Positions 37,983 through 47,213 of a DNA stretch of 64,000 bases are shown one piece after another (position 1 is the first letter of the stretch; each line of letters begins with the position of its first letter). The notes under the pieces were generated by a model, which saw only the letters and a program-made list of their open reading frames with translations, was not told the origin of the DNA and made no database searches. Origin of the DNA: an uncultured Bacteroidia bacterium (GTDB lineage Bacteria > Bacteroidota > Bacteroidia > Bacteroidales > F082); NCBI GenBank assembly GCA_902787095.1, contig CADAFC010000001.1, forward strand, positions 9,537-73,536. Reading direction: 5' to 3'. The translations under genes and the position numbers were made by a program.

Positions 37983-38383
37983 TGCTTTCTTAGTTTTAAA
38001 AACTCCTTGTAATCGCGAATGGCGTCATCCTCATCGTAAAGCGTCGATGCGGCTATTATTGCCACAGCGTTTGTTGAGAAATTCTCGACTGCGCGCCACA
38101 GTCCTTTGGGGATATACACGCCATTATACGACCTGTTGAGCTGTATGGTCCGGCGGCTGGTGCCATCGTCGATTATCACGTCGAAGCTACCCGATGCCGC
38201 CACTATAAACTCTTCCGTTTCCTTATAAGCCAAGCCGCCGCGCTCCTCGCCTCCCGGCACATCAAAAATCCAATGCACACGTTTTATCTCAAAGGGTATC
38301 TGGTTGCCGTTTTCGAAATACGAGAGATTCCCCCTGTCATCGAGATAGCGTGGAAGTGAACACAAGAGCGACTGCATAACCAT
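37979..38383 (-). CDS. FdtA/WxcM-like cupin paralog lacking the His-x-His dyad
   Basis: 134 aa with IKRVHWIFDVPGGEERGGLAYKE...DDG...AASTLYDEDDAIRDY. It is clearly homologous to its neighbour, but HAH is replaced by LAY (codons at 38225..38233). Confidence 0.75.
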   Translation of the reverse strand: MVMQSLLCSLPRYLDDRGNLSYFENGNQIPFEIKRVHWIFDVPGGEERGGLAYKETEEFIVAASGSFDVIIDDGTSRRTIQLNRSYNGVYIPKGLWRAVENFSTNAVAIIAASTLYDEDDAIRDYKEFLKLRKQ

Positions 38384-39262
38384 TTATTTGCGTTTGATTA
38401 TCCTAACCATATCTTTGATACGCTTGCCAGCCTTAAATGTCTTGGTGGCACGCACCTTTTTTTCACCTGCATAATAAGCATTCTTAATGATATAGTCATA
38501 CTCATCCGAGATGATGTCCATTTTTTCATCCAACGGATAGTCATGTGTTAGCAGAAAACAGATTTTCTCTTTGAAATACCGCTTCGCCAGCCAGTCTTTT
38601 TTCTTCTTGTCAGTCGAATGACAGGCTGAATTGTCAAGTACCCTATATGCGGAAAAGGCATCTTCCATCCGATACAACATGTTGTTGTATGAAAGCCACA
38701 AAGCCCAAAGCGTATCATTGAAACAGTTGTTGTCAATATACCACTTGCTGTCTTCAGCCATACGTTTGTAAATATCGTTGCGGCACATCAAAGAACTGCA
38801 GAAAATATCAGTATGTCCGGCAATCATCTCATTAAATGGGACTAATCCCCCTTTTTCTTTTGACTTGTTTTTATAATCCAGATTATAAATATAACAAGCA
38901 TTCGAGCACACTGCACCCACATCATTATGGCTTTCCAAAAAGTCAAATTGACGTTGAAGCTTGTCTTCCGTCAGCCACATATCGTCGGCATCGATAAATG
39001 CCAGATACTTTCCTTGGGCTTTAATGGAAAAATCATATCTATTGGCATTTGCTCCTTTGTTGGTCAAATTTTTTGAAAACCTAATGATATTTGGATAACG
39101 CGATTGGTATGAAGCTATGATGTCCGCAGTGGAATCAGTTGAAGCGTCATCCACAATTATCAACTCATATTGCCCTGCAAAACGTTGACACAAGACTGAC
39201 TCAATCGCCTTCCCAATATATTTCTCGGCGTTATATGCAGGCATTATGACTGAGACATCCAT
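38384..39262 (-). CDS. GT2 family glycosyltransferase
   Basis: VSVIMPAYNAEKYIGKAIESV, IVDDASTDST and IDADD. The start is set at ATG 39262 (MDVSVIM). Confidence 0.85.
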   Translation of the reverse strand: MDVSVIMPAYNAEKYIGKAIESVLCQRFAGQYELIIVDDASTDSTADIIASYQSRYPNIIRFSKNLTNKGANANRYDFSIKAQGKYLAFIDADDMWLTEDKLQRQFDFLESHNDVGAVCSNACYIYNLDYKNKSKEKGGLVPFNEMIAGHTDIFCSSLMCRNDIYKRMAEDSKWYIDNNCFNDTLWALWLSYNNMLYRMEDAFSAYRVLDNSACHSTDKKKKDWLAKRYFKEKICFLLTHDYPLDEKMDIISDEYDYIIKNAYYAGEKKVRATKTFKAGKRIKDMVRIIKRK

Positions 39263-39275
39263 ATTATTGAAGGTT

Positions 39276-40112
39276 TTATCGTTCGATTCTTTGCCAATTT
39301 GAAGGCGCAATGTCATAGTCGGAAGAGTAATCAAACCACGGTTTGGGTGCCACGACTGTTTTCTCCTGATTAGGATTCAGCCACGCCCCCCACCAGCTGA
39401 ATGAAGAGTTGGCGACGATATTGTGTTTGCAGCAACTCATCAGATACATGTCCTGCCAGCTGTCTTTGCCATTGTTCCAATCCACATACAATGCATTTTC
39501 ACATTTGATGCTTTGTCTTGCCCAATCCACATCATCCGAAAAAAAGGTGAACAATGCGTTTGGGATGCGTTCTTTCAGCAAAGAAATCGACTTATTGTAA
39601 TAATCTGTCGTGCACAAGCCGTAATAATCACGATTACGCAAGTAATCACCGCGACGGATATGCACGGATACACTGTTTATGCTTTTTAAATAAGCGCCTG
39701 TCTCTTTTGTTTTTTCGTTAAGCAGTTCCTCTCTGAACGTAAAAGCCTTTCTGACAGATTTCTCCACTGGCTTGAAATACTTTTCACTCTGCCAAAAACC
39801 CGTGTAACTTGACAAGACATGATGCTCTCTCATCAGACTCGGGTCATATTCCAAACTGTTTTTCTGCACAATTTCATAAAAAGGGCCGAGCATTCTCTGG
39901 CTGTGCTTAATCACCTTGCGATAATACTTTGTTTTCCATCCGCAATCGATGTGAAAAACCTTGTCCAGTTCAAAGCCATTATGGCATCCTCGCGATTGTT
40001 CTGTGTCAAATATGAAAAATGACAGTGGTGACTCGTGTCTCATCCTCAGATAAAACGCATACTGGAACATCTGGTTACCGAGACCGCCGTTGAAAACAAT
40101 CGTTTTTATCAT
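39276..40112 (-). CDS. GT11 alpha-1,2-fucosyltransferase family protein
   Basis: 278 aa with GGLGNQMFQYAF at the N-terminus and HIRRGDY. Confidence 0.85.
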   Translation of the reverse strand: MIKTIVFNGGLGNQMFQYAFYLRMRHESPLSFFIFDTEQSRGCHNGFELDKVFHIDCGWKTKYYRKVIKHSQRMLGPFYEIVQKNSLEYDPSLMREHHVLSSYTGFWQSEKYFKPVEKSVRKAFTFREELLNEKTKETGAYLKSINSVSVHIRRGDYLRNRDYYGLCTTDYYNKSISLLKERIPNALFTFFSDDVDWARQSIKCENALYVDWNNGKDSWQDMYLMSCCKHNIVANSSFSWWGAWLNPNQEKTVVAPKPWFDYSSDYDIAPSNWQRIER

Positions 40113-41164
40113 CTTTTTTTGCGTTTGAGCTTGGACTTAACCAGCGAAACAGGTCTTAAAAGGAATCTTCCCAAACGATACTCTTTTGAATTTGAAATAT
40201 CAATGTACCTCTGCCAGATAGCGTCATTCTGCTTGTTTATACTGTCCCATCTCTCGCTAAAACTTTTCATGAAGGCGAGGTTGTTGCTTTCTGAAGTTGA
40301 CAGCATCTCGCTGAAAATCTCGAAGCATCTGATAATTCTTTCTTTTTCTTCCGTTCTGGCATTCACATCAAAAAAAGTGTCAAATGAATATTTTTCAGCC
40401 CATTGTGTCGGGTTGCCATTGACGCGACCGCGTGATTTCTTAATAATCCATTCAACTATGGTTTTGGTGAAATAATGTCTGACATAAGCTACCGAAAAAT
40501 CGTATGGCTTGTGCCAGCTTCCTTCACATCTCTCTCCCTTGTCGTCAACATAAGACAAGCCTCTCAGTCCGTTTATCCCGTGAGGGTCAACACTCCAATC
40601 GGATGCCGGGGTGTTCATCTGATTTTCCTTCAGCAGCCCTCCTCTATAGATATTTTTAACCATATCATTTTGGGGGTAATCACCGCCAAAAAGCTTTATA
40701 TCGTAAGGAAGAGGATTCACAAATCTGTCCAAAACGCTGAAGCTGTCGCAGCAAACAATGTCGTTGTCGCCATACAGCATCCAATTAAGTTGTATGACAT
40801 CAACTTCTTTTTTATCAAAAGTGTGCAGGAACTCATCAATTGTATGAATACCTGAGCTTTCGCTAAAAGTGATGAATTCATCGACATCAATATAGGCTAT
40901 CCAATCATAAACGGCGCCATATCTGTGATAGAAATCCGTATATGCAGGTCTCTGATACATTATCTTTCCCCTGCAATCCAATATGGTCACATGTTCATAG
41001 CCTTCGAACAACGGTTCAATCCTTTCCCCGTCTATGGCATTATTGTCATAGATAAAAATATCCTTAAAGCCAATGCCCAAATGGTAATCGACCCATTCTT
41101 TCAGATAATGGTTTTCACACTTGGCAATACAGCAAATCGCCGTATTAAAGGCTTGGTCACTCAT
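40109..41164 (-). CDS. GT92/DUF23-like glycosyltransferase
   Basis: 351 aa with CCIAKCENHYLKEWVDYHLGIGFKDIFIYDNN and YIDVDEF. The family call is from memory. Confidence 0.55.
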   Translation of the reverse strand: MSDQAFNTAICCIAKCENHYLKEWVDYHLGIGFKDIFIYDNNAIDGERIEPLFEGYEHVTILDCRGKIMYQRPAYTDFYHRYGAVYDWIAYIDVDEFITFSESSGIHTIDEFLHTFDKKEVDVIQLNWMLYGDNDIVCCDSFSVLDRFVNPLPYDIKLFGGDYPQNDMVKNIYRGGLLKENQMNTPASDWSVDPHGINGLRGLSYVDDKGERCEGSWHKPYDFSVAYVRHYFTKTIVEWIIKKSRGRVNGNPTQWAEKYSFDTFFDVNARTEEKERIIRCFEIFSEMLSTSESNNLAFMKSFSERWDSINKQNDAIWQRYIDISNSKEYRLGRFLLRPVSLVKSKLKRKKR

Positions 41165-41165
41165 A

Positions 41166-42473
41166 TTAGTTTGTCGGGTTTGATATCGGAGCTATCACAG
41201 GTGTAGACGTCACAAAAGCTATTCTGCCATGTTTCCAGCTCGTGAACGGCTGATTGTGCGCTATATCCTTATAATTCACTTCAAATCGTATGACATCGCT
41301 GACAATGTCAAAATCATAGATTGGATTGTTGAAGTCACAATTACCTATGCTGAAATTGACTTTGTACCTGCCTTTTGCCAGCTGATGGTTGGGCAGGCTC
41401 ATTTCAACCCTCATCAGGTCGGCATTTTCTGGCAGTTCAACCTTTTCCGACCATGCGGCACCTACAATATTCTCGCCGCTGTCGCGGATGCTGAGTCCGA
41501 ATTGGCAATTATGTATCATTGATACATTACGTTTCACTTCCATCACAAATGACAGCGGTTCCTCGTTAGCCACGCTGTTACAATCGTTAAGCATTCGTAT
41601 GCTCACATACTCCACTTCACGAATAACATTGTCCCAGTGATGATGATTTTCAATCTTGGTATAGTTATACAATTCGGCGAGGTTGGCTCCGTTGTAATAA
41701 TCCACACAGTCAGCGGCGGTGCCGGTAAATGCGATGCTGCCATTGTGCAACACCATGCCGTTTTTGCACAGTTGCCTGACACTTCCCATGTTATGACTCA
41801 CAAACAGCACTGTCCTCCCCTCGCCTTTTGAGATATCATGCATCTTACCGATGGCTTTTTTCTGAAATTCGGCGTCGCCAACAGCAAGCACCTCATCAAC
41901 GACGAGTATCTCGGGTTCAAGAAATGCTGCCACGGCGAAACCGAGACGCACTGTCATACCGCTGGAATAACGTTTCACCGGCGTGTCGATATAGCGCTCG
42001 CAACCGGAAAAATCAATAATTTCATCAAGTTTGCGGTCAATTTCATTTTTTGTCATGCCCAAGATGGCGCCGTTCATGTAAATATTCTCGCGTCCTGTCA
42101 GCTCCCTGTGAAAACCTGTGCCGACCTCAAGCAGGCTGGCGATACGGCCTCTCGCTTTTATGGTGCCTGTAGTCGGTGACGTCACACGTGACAGCAGCTT
42201 CAACAACGTGCTTTTGCCTGCACCGTTTTTCCCGATGATGCCTACCACATCACCCTGCTCCACCTTGAAATCAATGTCTTTCAACGCCCATACAAAATCG
42301 CTGTCGGCGGCTTTGGAGCGGTCGTTAACCGAGCCGATCTGCAAATACGGGTCTTCCTTGCCCAAGACATGCATTTTCCACCATCTGTCAAGGTCGTAGC
42401 TTAGCGTTTTTGTTGAGACAAGCCCCAAACGGTATTCTTTGCTTACGTGATTGAATTCTATTGCTGTCGGCAT
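41166..42473 (-). CDS. wzt: Polysaccharide/teichoic-acid ABC exporter ATP-binding protein (Wzt/TagH-like) with C-terminal glycan-binding-type domain, copy 1
   Basis: 435 aa with Walker A GKNGAGKST, signature YSSGM and Walker B ILVVDE. A C-terminal extension of about 180 aa follows the NBD. Confidence 0.9.
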   Translation of the reverse strand: MPTAIEFNHVSKEYRLGLVSTKTLSYDLDRWWKMHVLGKEDPYLQIGSVNDRSKAADSDFVWALKDIDFKVEQGDVVGIIGKNGAGKSTLLKLLSRVTSPTTGTIKARGRIASLLEVGTGFHRELTGRENIYMNGAILGMTKNEIDRKLDEIIDFSGCERYIDTPVKRYSSGMTVRLGFAVAAFLEPEILVVDEVLAVGDAEFQKKAIGKMHDISKGEGRTVLFVSHNMGSVRQLCKNGMVLHNGSIAFTGTAADCVDYYNGANLAELYNYTKIENHHHWDNVIREVEYVSIRMLNDCNSVANEEPLSFVMEVKRNVSMIHNCQFGLSIRDSGENIVGAAWSEKVELPENADLMRVEMSLPNHQLAKGRYKVNFSIGNCDFNNPIYDFDIVSDVIRFEVNYKDIAHNQPFTSWKHGRIAFVTSTPVIAPISNPTN

Positions 42474-42479
42474 AAAAAA

Positions 42480-43511
42480 CTAATTTTTAAATAATTCTTC
42501 GACACCTATTGTACTCAAAAACAATTTGTTTTTATATGGCCACCCATCAGTGTAAGTATACCACAAATACAACTGGTTATCAACAACTTGCGCTGTAGGC
42601 TTATAAAATCTCTGCCGATGACCGACAATTTTATCAGAATAATTATTATTCAACAAAGGTGTTTTGACTGTCGTGAAATGCCTCCAATCGCGACTTTCCG
42701 ACAACATTACAAAGTCATCCATCTCATCGCTTGAAACCATATACAAACGGCCGTCATGCTCAAACAAATCGAAATGCCACAAGTCATATCTTTTTATAAC
42801 GGGTATGAAAAACAAACGACCGAAGAACTTGTTCTCAAAAAACCTGTCCCAGACAAGAGGATTATTCACTTTGACTTTGTCAATCAGCTTGAAATCAGGA
42901 TTCTCCAATGATGTTCCTTCCCAAATCGTTATTCCCAGATTCCTTAGGAACGACTTACGCCGACGCCAAAGGGTGTAGAAATAGTATTTCCCATTGTGTT
43001 TTATCAGTGTCGGGCATATTGTATGGTCTTTCGCGCCTTCATCTGCCGTGATATATACCTTCTCTTCTGTCATCTTGCCGTCATCGCCTACAATTCCGCC
43101 CATCACCATGCGTGATTTGCCATATTTTTGGCATCGTGGAGTGTCCACTTCGCGCCAAAACACATAAATCCTGCCATTTTCTTCAAAAACATTGGGATCG
43201 GAGTTGTATCCTGTTGCCGGAGTGTCTTTTAGGACAACGCCGTCATGCCAACTAGCAGGATCTTCAGAGAAATACAATATCGGGTTCTCCACACCATCCT
43301 GCGCAGCTGGCCATGGCGACTGCACCATCACATATCTGCCATCCTCAAGTCGTCGTATGCACGGATGCACACAGTCATTTTGATATTTTTCAGGATCTGG
43401 TGTGGTGACCTCACACTGTCTCCCTGGAGCCAGACGCTGCTTCGGATCATATAGCAAGCATAACATGACTCCCAAAACAGCTAATACAACAAAAACCGAC
43501 AATACAATCAC
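42480..43511 (-). CDS. Orphan membrane-anchored protein (one N-terminal TM helix; aromatic-rich, possibly beta-propeller glycosidase/phosphorylase-like ectodomain)
   Basis: 343 aa with an N-terminal hydrophobic helix (MIVLSVFVVLAVLGVMLCLL). Repeated W/Y/F-rich beta-strand-like segments (GRIYVFW, GKYYFYTLW, GRLYMVSS, NQLYLWYTY) follow. It is translationally coupled on both sides. The fold assignment is a guess. Confidence 0.45.
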   Translation of the reverse strand: MIVLSVFVVLAVLGVMLCLLYDPKQRLAPGRQCEVTTPDPEKYQNDCVHPCIRRLEDGRYVMVQSPWPAAQDGVENPILYFSEDPASWHDGVVLKDTPATGYNSDPNVFEENGRIYVFWREVDTPRCQKYGKSRMVMGGIVGDDGKMTEEKVYITADEGAKDHTICPTLIKHNGKYYFYTLWRRRKSFLRNLGITIWEGTSLENPDFKLIDKVKVNNPLVWDRFFENKFFGRLFFIPVIKRYDLWHFDLFEHDGRLYMVSSDEMDDFVMLSESRDWRHFTTVKTPLLNNNYSDKIVGHRQRFYKPTAQVVDNQLYLWYTYTDGWPYKNKLFLSTIGVEELFKN

Positions 43512-44797
43512 TTTACGCTAACTTTAATGTCCTGGTAAGCGGTTTTCCCACTAACCGCCCAATTCAAGAAAGGCTTGGTATGACCCGCATCGACGTATGT
43601 GACCTGAAAACTTATCACATCACGGACTATGTCATAGTCTATATCATTGGAGTCATAGCCAAACTGGCAAATATTAAAATTCACACTATATTTCCCTTTT
43701 GCAAGTTGGTGGTTTTTAATCTCTATATTGACTTCGCCGACTTCATCGTTAAGGTTCAATTCAACAGCCTCGGAGTACGCTGCGCCGACACCGCGTCCCA
43801 TATCATCTTTTATGACAACGCCGAAATTGCATTTTGTGACACGCGAGTCGTTTCTTTTGAATCGTGCCGTGAAACGCAGAGGCTCTTCTGTTGACACGTT
43901 TTTCACGTCATTATCCATCTTCACGCTGAGATACTCAAGCTTCCTTGTCAGGTATGGTAGCTGATGACTCTTGGTTATCTCGGTATAATCGGTCAGGTCG
44001 GCAATGGCTGACGCCAGATATTTTTCGACCACACTTTCAATATCGCCGGTGTATGCTATGCTGCCTTTGTCGAGCAGTATGCCATGATGGCACAATGTCC
44101 TGATGCTTTCCATGTTATGACTCACAAACAGCACCGTTCTGCCCTCGCCGCTGCTCACGTCCTGCATCTTGCCTATCGCTTTCTGCTGGAACTCTGCGTC
44201 ACCAACGGCAAGCACCTCGTCGACGACGAGTATTTCAGGCTCCAAAAACGCCGCCACCGCAAAGCCGAGGCGGACAATCATACCGCTCGAATAACGTTTC
44301 ACAGGAGTGTCGATGTAACGTTCACATCCGCTGAAATCGACAATCTCATCGAGTTTGTGGGATATCTCCTTTTTGGTCATTCCCAAGATGGCGCCGTTCA
44401 TATATATGTTTTCACGTCCCGTCATCTCCGAATGGAAACCGGTGCCCACTTCCAACAGCGCTCCGATGCGGCCTTTGGTGCGGATGGTGCCCGTAGTCGG
44501 ACCTGTCACCCTGGAAAGGAGCTTCAGCATGGTGCTTTTGCCTGCGCCGTTTTTACCGATGATACCGACAACATCACCCTGCTCGATTTTGAAGTTTATG
44601 TCCTTCAAAGCCCACACGAAATCGCTGTCGGCGGCTTTTGAGCGGTCGTTCACCGAACCGACTTTCAGATACGGGTCTTCCTTGCCAAGGATATGCATCT
44701 TCCACCAACGGTTCAGGTCATGACTGAGCGTTTGGGTGGAAACCAACCCCAAACGGTATTCCTTACTTACATTATTGAATTCTATTGCTGTACTCAT
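43508..44797 (-). CDS. wzt: Polysaccharide/teichoic-acid ABC exporter ATP-binding protein (Wzt/TagH-like), copy 2
   Basis: 429 aa. The NBD is nearly identical to copy 1 (same Walker A, signature and Walker B context). The C-terminal domain is homologous but much more diverged. Confidence 0.9.
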   Translation of the reverse strand: MSTAIEFNNVSKEYRLGLVSTQTLSHDLNRWWKMHILGKEDPYLKVGSVNDRSKAADSDFVWALKDINFKIEQGDVVGIIGKNGAGKSTMLKLLSRVTGPTTGTIRTKGRIGALLEVGTGFHSEMTGRENIYMNGAILGMTKKEISHKLDEIVDFSGCERYIDTPVKRYSSGMIVRLGFAVAAFLEPEILVVDEVLAVGDAEFQQKAIGKMQDVSSGEGRTVLFVSHNMESIRTLCHHGILLDKGSIAYTGDIESVVEKYLASAIADLTDYTEITKSHQLPYLTRKLEYLSVKMDNDVKNVSTEEPLRFTARFKRNDSRVTKCNFGVVIKDDMGRGVGAAYSEAVELNLNDEVGEVNIEIKNHQLAKGKYSVNFNICQFGYDSNDIDYDIVRDVISFQVTYVDAGHTKPFLNWAVSGKTAYQDIKVSVK

Positions 44798-44863
44798 TTC
44801 GTAATCAATGTATTAACAATCCTCTCCGCCTATGTGCATGCGCCAGCTATAATTGTTATTTTT

Positions 44864-46504
44864 TCATTTTTTTCTACAATATACTGTCCTTTTTTCAGCA
44901 TTGGAAAAGTTTTGAACCCTTGACTCCGGAGTCCCCATACCGTAGGCATCAAATTCTTCAGGCCACCCCCATCCCATCGTCCTCAGCCTTTCACCCATCA
45001 CTTTTTCATCCCATCCGCTAAGGATTATAAAATCAGGACGTAACATGTCTTTGGTATCCCAATACAGGAAATTGTTGGTTTGATGAAAATTAGACGACAA
45101 AACAGCATCAAAAGCATACACGGTAGCATAGTCAAACAATGCCGTGAATACCACCGAGCTGTTTGATTTAAAACCATAATCTGACATCAAATCATACATG
45201 TTGTCATAATACTCTTTCTGCTTTTCGGTAAGTGATATCTCCGCAAAATACTTGTTGCCTCTGGTAAAATGGAATCTGTCATCCCTGTTGTTCAAAGTAT
45301 TAACGGTTTTTAACGTATAAGGTACCAGGATGGCAAGAATTGCAGCTAATGCTACATACCATTTTGTTTCTTCCTTCTGCTCAAACCACAAAAACGCCCA
45401 TGCGACAATGAAACATGCCACTCTGAAACTAAAAGTGTTACTCCCTACAGATGCAATAACAGGGAAACAGAATAAGAAGAGCCTCATTATCGTATCTTTG
45501 GACAACATCGCTTTAAAACCCCCATTTTCGCATTCAAAAGCCAATGGTATAAGCACCACACTTGAGAAAAACACGTAAGGGGATATTGCTGGTTTTTTCT
45601 GGTAATTAAAACAAATGAAAACCAGTACCAAATAAACAAGTCCCCCTATCCAAGCAAACTTCCCGCAAACAATTTTTTTCGAAAGAAAATAAGCCCCTAT
45701 ATAAAACACGATGACGAATATGCTGTCTCTGACGAATAAGCCTATATAAGAACACATGCTCAAAAAATCGTAACCATATCCGGTCTTGGTGAAATACGAA
45801 GCTGTGAAACGCATGGCATCAACGATCTTGTCAACGGGACAAATGCACAAATGCATATACGCCACACAAAGCACAACGCCTACGATACCAACGCCAATTT
45901 CCTTTATACTTTGAATATAGCGCCGTCCATTCATTATCAACAGGATGATTACATAAAATGCCATTGTCAATAACCCGGCTGGCATAATCACAAACAGAGA
46001 AAGACCCGCCATAAACCCAGCCACGAGCAACATGCCATATTTTAACCAGATGTTCTCTTTTTTCCAATAAATGATAAATGCTGAAACCGATGTGCAAAGA
46101 AGAAACGTCTGTAAGGCGACATAACTCATCTGTCCCGCTTTAGGCAATAATAACAACAAACATACAGCCAAATACTTCAGACAATTTTTATTTCCAAATG
46201 CAACAATGCTTGCTATCGTCGCATTCAAAACCGTCGCCAACATTAATATGTAACCTGACATGCGAGACTGTATCATACTTGACAAATCCATATATGGAAA
46301 CCAATTCACGGCAATGAAATTCCATTGTGACTTGCCTGTTATAACACCTTCTTTTACTTCTTTAGCTTTCAAAAGGAAATATGCATCGTCATAAAATGTT
46401 TGGAAGCCATAATCGAACAACGTGAACCTCGCCACGCATAACAACGATAGGATAACCAACAACAACAAGTATGGCAAGGAGTTCTTATTGATATATTTTG
46501 TCAT
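44864..46504 (-). CDS. Polytopic membrane protein, GT-C-like (candidate Gtr-type periplasmic glycosyltransferase)
   Basis: 546 aa with at least 11 hydrophobic helices and a soluble C-terminal domain of about 150 aa. It lies directly downstream of GtrA- and GtrB-like genes, matching the classic gtrA-gtrB-gtr(type) order. Confidence 0.55.
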   Translation of the reverse strand: MTKYINKNSLPYLLLLVILSLLCVARFTLFDYGFQTFYDDAYFLLKAKEVKEGVITGKSQWNFIAVNWFPYMDLSSMIQSRMSGYILMLATVLNATIASIVAFGNKNCLKYLAVCLLLLLPKAGQMSYVALQTFLLCTSVSAFIIYWKKENIWLKYGMLLVAGFMAGLSLFVIMPAGLLTMAFYVIILLIMNGRRYIQSIKEIGVGIVGVVLCVAYMHLCICPVDKIVDAMRFTASYFTKTGYGYDFLSMCSYIGLFVRDSIFVIVFYIGAYFLSKKIVCGKFAWIGGLVYLVLVFICFNYQKKPAISPYVFFSSVVLIPLAFECENGGFKAMLSKDTIMRLFLFCFPVIASVGSNTFSFRVACFIVAWAFLWFEQKEETKWYVALAAILAILVPYTLKTVNTLNNRDDRFHFTRGNKYFAEISLTEKQKEYYDNMYDLMSDYGFKSNSSVVFTALFDYATVYAFDAVLSSNFHQTNNFLYWDTKDMLRPDFIILSGWDEKVMGERLRTMGWGWPEEFDAYGMGTPESRVQNFSNAEKRTVYCRKK

Positions 46505-47213
46505 GCTTCAAATTCCTGTTAATCATTCTGAAATCTCCCAACGCCTTCCAACCTATCTTGAAAATCCTCTTCATGTTGATGGAGTTCACACCGCCCTGGC
46601 GTGGACGGAAAGTTATAGGATACCAGGCGACAGACTCTTTTTTCTTGACAGCGATAGCTGAAACTGCCACATTTGCCAGGAAAAAGTCCTCTGGTATGTA
46701 TTTCATAACAGCAGCGAGACGTTCGGCATTCATCAAACGGAAAGGAGTATTTGCATCCTTGACCCATACGCCAAACATCAGCCACACCACCAATCTTAGA
46801 GTCTTGGTTACAAACACGCGACTCGCACCATCCTGTCTTCCACAACGGGTGCCGATAACGAAGGAAGCCTCTGTGCGATGCTCCCAGAATTGCCAGAATT
46901 CATCTGGAAGAGTTTGCCCATCACTGTCAGTTTGAAACACATAATCAGCACCTTTCCCTATGGCATAACGATAAGCATAAAGCACTGTCGCGCCGTGACC
47001 TGAATTCGGTTTGTTGACGACCTCAAGTAATGGATACTCCCCCTTCAACGAGCAAAGCATCTCCCATGTGTTATCCTTGCTTCCATCATTCACTATCAAC
47101 AGCTTAGCTTCCGCATCGGATAATTTTTCAGCTATAGGATGCCATTGTTTCACCACTTCCTCGATATTTTCAGCCTCGTTATATGCTGGCATCACCAAAT
47201 ATAATCTATCCAT
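46485..47213 (-). CDS. Polyprenyl-phosphate glycosyltransferase (GtrB/DPM1-like GT2)
   Basis: 242 aa with LVMPAYNEAENIEEVV, VNDGSKDNT and QTDSDGQ. Confidence 0.8.
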   Translation of the reverse strand: MDRLYLVMPAYNEAENIEEVVKQWHPIAEKLSDAEAKLLIVNDGSKDNTWEMLCSLKGEYPLLEVVNKPNSGHGATVLYAYRYAIGKGADYVFQTDSDGQTLPDEFWQFWEHRTEASFVIGTRCGRQDGASRVFVTKTLRLVVWLMFGVWVKDANTPFRLMNAERLAAVMKYIPEDFFLANVAVSAIAVKKKESVAWYPITFRPRQGGVNSINMKRIFKIGWKALGDFRMINRNLKHDKIYQ

